From positions 1 through 32,000 of the forward strand of contig JBGQBP010000007.1 in the NCBI GenBank assembly GCA_041494945.1: a stretch of DNA of 32,000 nucleotides, given 5' to 3'. The position numbers and the translations under genes are program-made. Below the pieces are notes generated by a model. It was not told the DNA's origin. It saw nothing but the letters and a program-made list of their open reading frames with translations, and did not search any database. This DNA comes from Candidatus Binatia bacterium. GTDB lineage: Bacteria > Desulfobacterota > Binatia > UBA9968. This document shows, in pieces, positions 31,669 through 32,000 of this stretch (within the stretch, counting starts at the first letter, position 1; every line of letters starts with the position of its first letter).

Positions 31669-32000
31669 ATGGTCGCAAAACCCGACAAGGCTACGCATGG
31701 TTTAATTTGCGAAGTGACCCGTTTCTTATTGTTAGGCGTGTTTTTCTTGGTGGGTTGTTCTCAGCAGACGGCTTCTAAGCCCCAAGAGACAACTGCGCCG
31801 CAGAAGGTAGAGGCTAAACAGGCGCCATCCAAGGCGACACCCGCCAAACCGCAGGACTCAAGCCTCGAGGCGGCCCAGAAGGGAACCAAGGCCGGAACGG
31901 GGCCTCTGGAAGACGTTAACTTTGACTTTGATCGCTATGATGTCCGGCCAGACGCGCGGGAGATCCTTAAGAAGCACGCCGCCTGGCTAAAAGCCAATCC
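31669..32000 (+). CDS. pal: peptidoglycan-associated lipoprotein (Pal/OmpA-family); 5' part, runs off the window
   Basis: An AAGGGAGG Shine-Dalgarno precedes the ATG. My translation is MVAKPDKATHGLICEVTRFLLLGVFFLVGCSQQ.. (lipobox), then a Pro/Lys-rich linker, then the OmpA-domain start LEDVNFDFDRYDVRPDAREILKKHAAWLKAN. It is absent from the ORF track because no stop lies in the window. Confidence 0.85.
   Translation, partial: MVAKPDKATHGLICEVTRFLLLGVFFLVGCSQQTASKPQETTAPQKVEAKQAPSKATPAKPQDSSLEAAQKGTKAGTGPLEDVNFDFDRYDVRPDAREILKKHAAWLKAN

Noticed and set aside
1-32000. Scan for tRNA/rRNA genes, CRISPR arrays, transposases, integrases and long terminal repeats
   Set aside because: No T-loop or anticodon-arm-like cloverleaf, no regularly spaced 25-40-bp repeats and no DDE or tyrosine-recombinase-like ORFs were seen. 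This was an eyeball scan only, so tRNAscan-SE, CRISPR finders and ISfinder should be run to confirm.

Overview
Bacterial chromosomal segment in two compositional parts. From 1 to about 22.9 kb the DNA is high-GC (my hand counts of single 60-nt lines give about 57-65%). From about 22.9 kb to the window end it is visibly lower (about 43-53%). These are spot counts, not a computed profile.

Left part, mostly metabolism and transport:
- A SAM-I riboswitch controls a moeB/thrC-like operon. A CysO/MoaD-like sulfur-carrier gene lies at the window edge, separated from the operon by two opposite-strand secreted-protein genes.
- A LexA-like/ImuB/DnaE2 mutagenesis cassette with a 19-bp palindrome over the repressor start codon.
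- ABC binding proteins and a permease, an ADP-forming acyl-CoA synthetase, and a class III nucleotide cyclase whose frame is interrupted by one TGA.
- A UPF0016 membrane protein, an O-methyltransferase, a VOC protein, gamma-glutamyltransferase and a CopD-like membrane protein.

Right part, the most unusual region, looks like a sigma-54-centred module:
- A sensor-less histidine-kinase-like protein has Q in place of the H-box histidine.
- An NtrC-type activator has E in place of the acceptor Asp.
- A 1027-aa class-A PBP-like protein sits behind a strong sigma-54 promoter.
- A second sigma-54 promoter is preceded by three TGC-N7-GCA sites spaced exactly 41 bp apart. It leads into four tandem single-domain pseudo-receiver paralogs, all lacking the acceptor Asp.
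- Small lipoprotein and helical ORFs and a Pal/OmpA-like lipoprotein follow.

I saw no rRNA, tRNA, CRISPR array, transposase or integrase. All protein-family calls rest on motifs I recognised by eye; I ran no searches.
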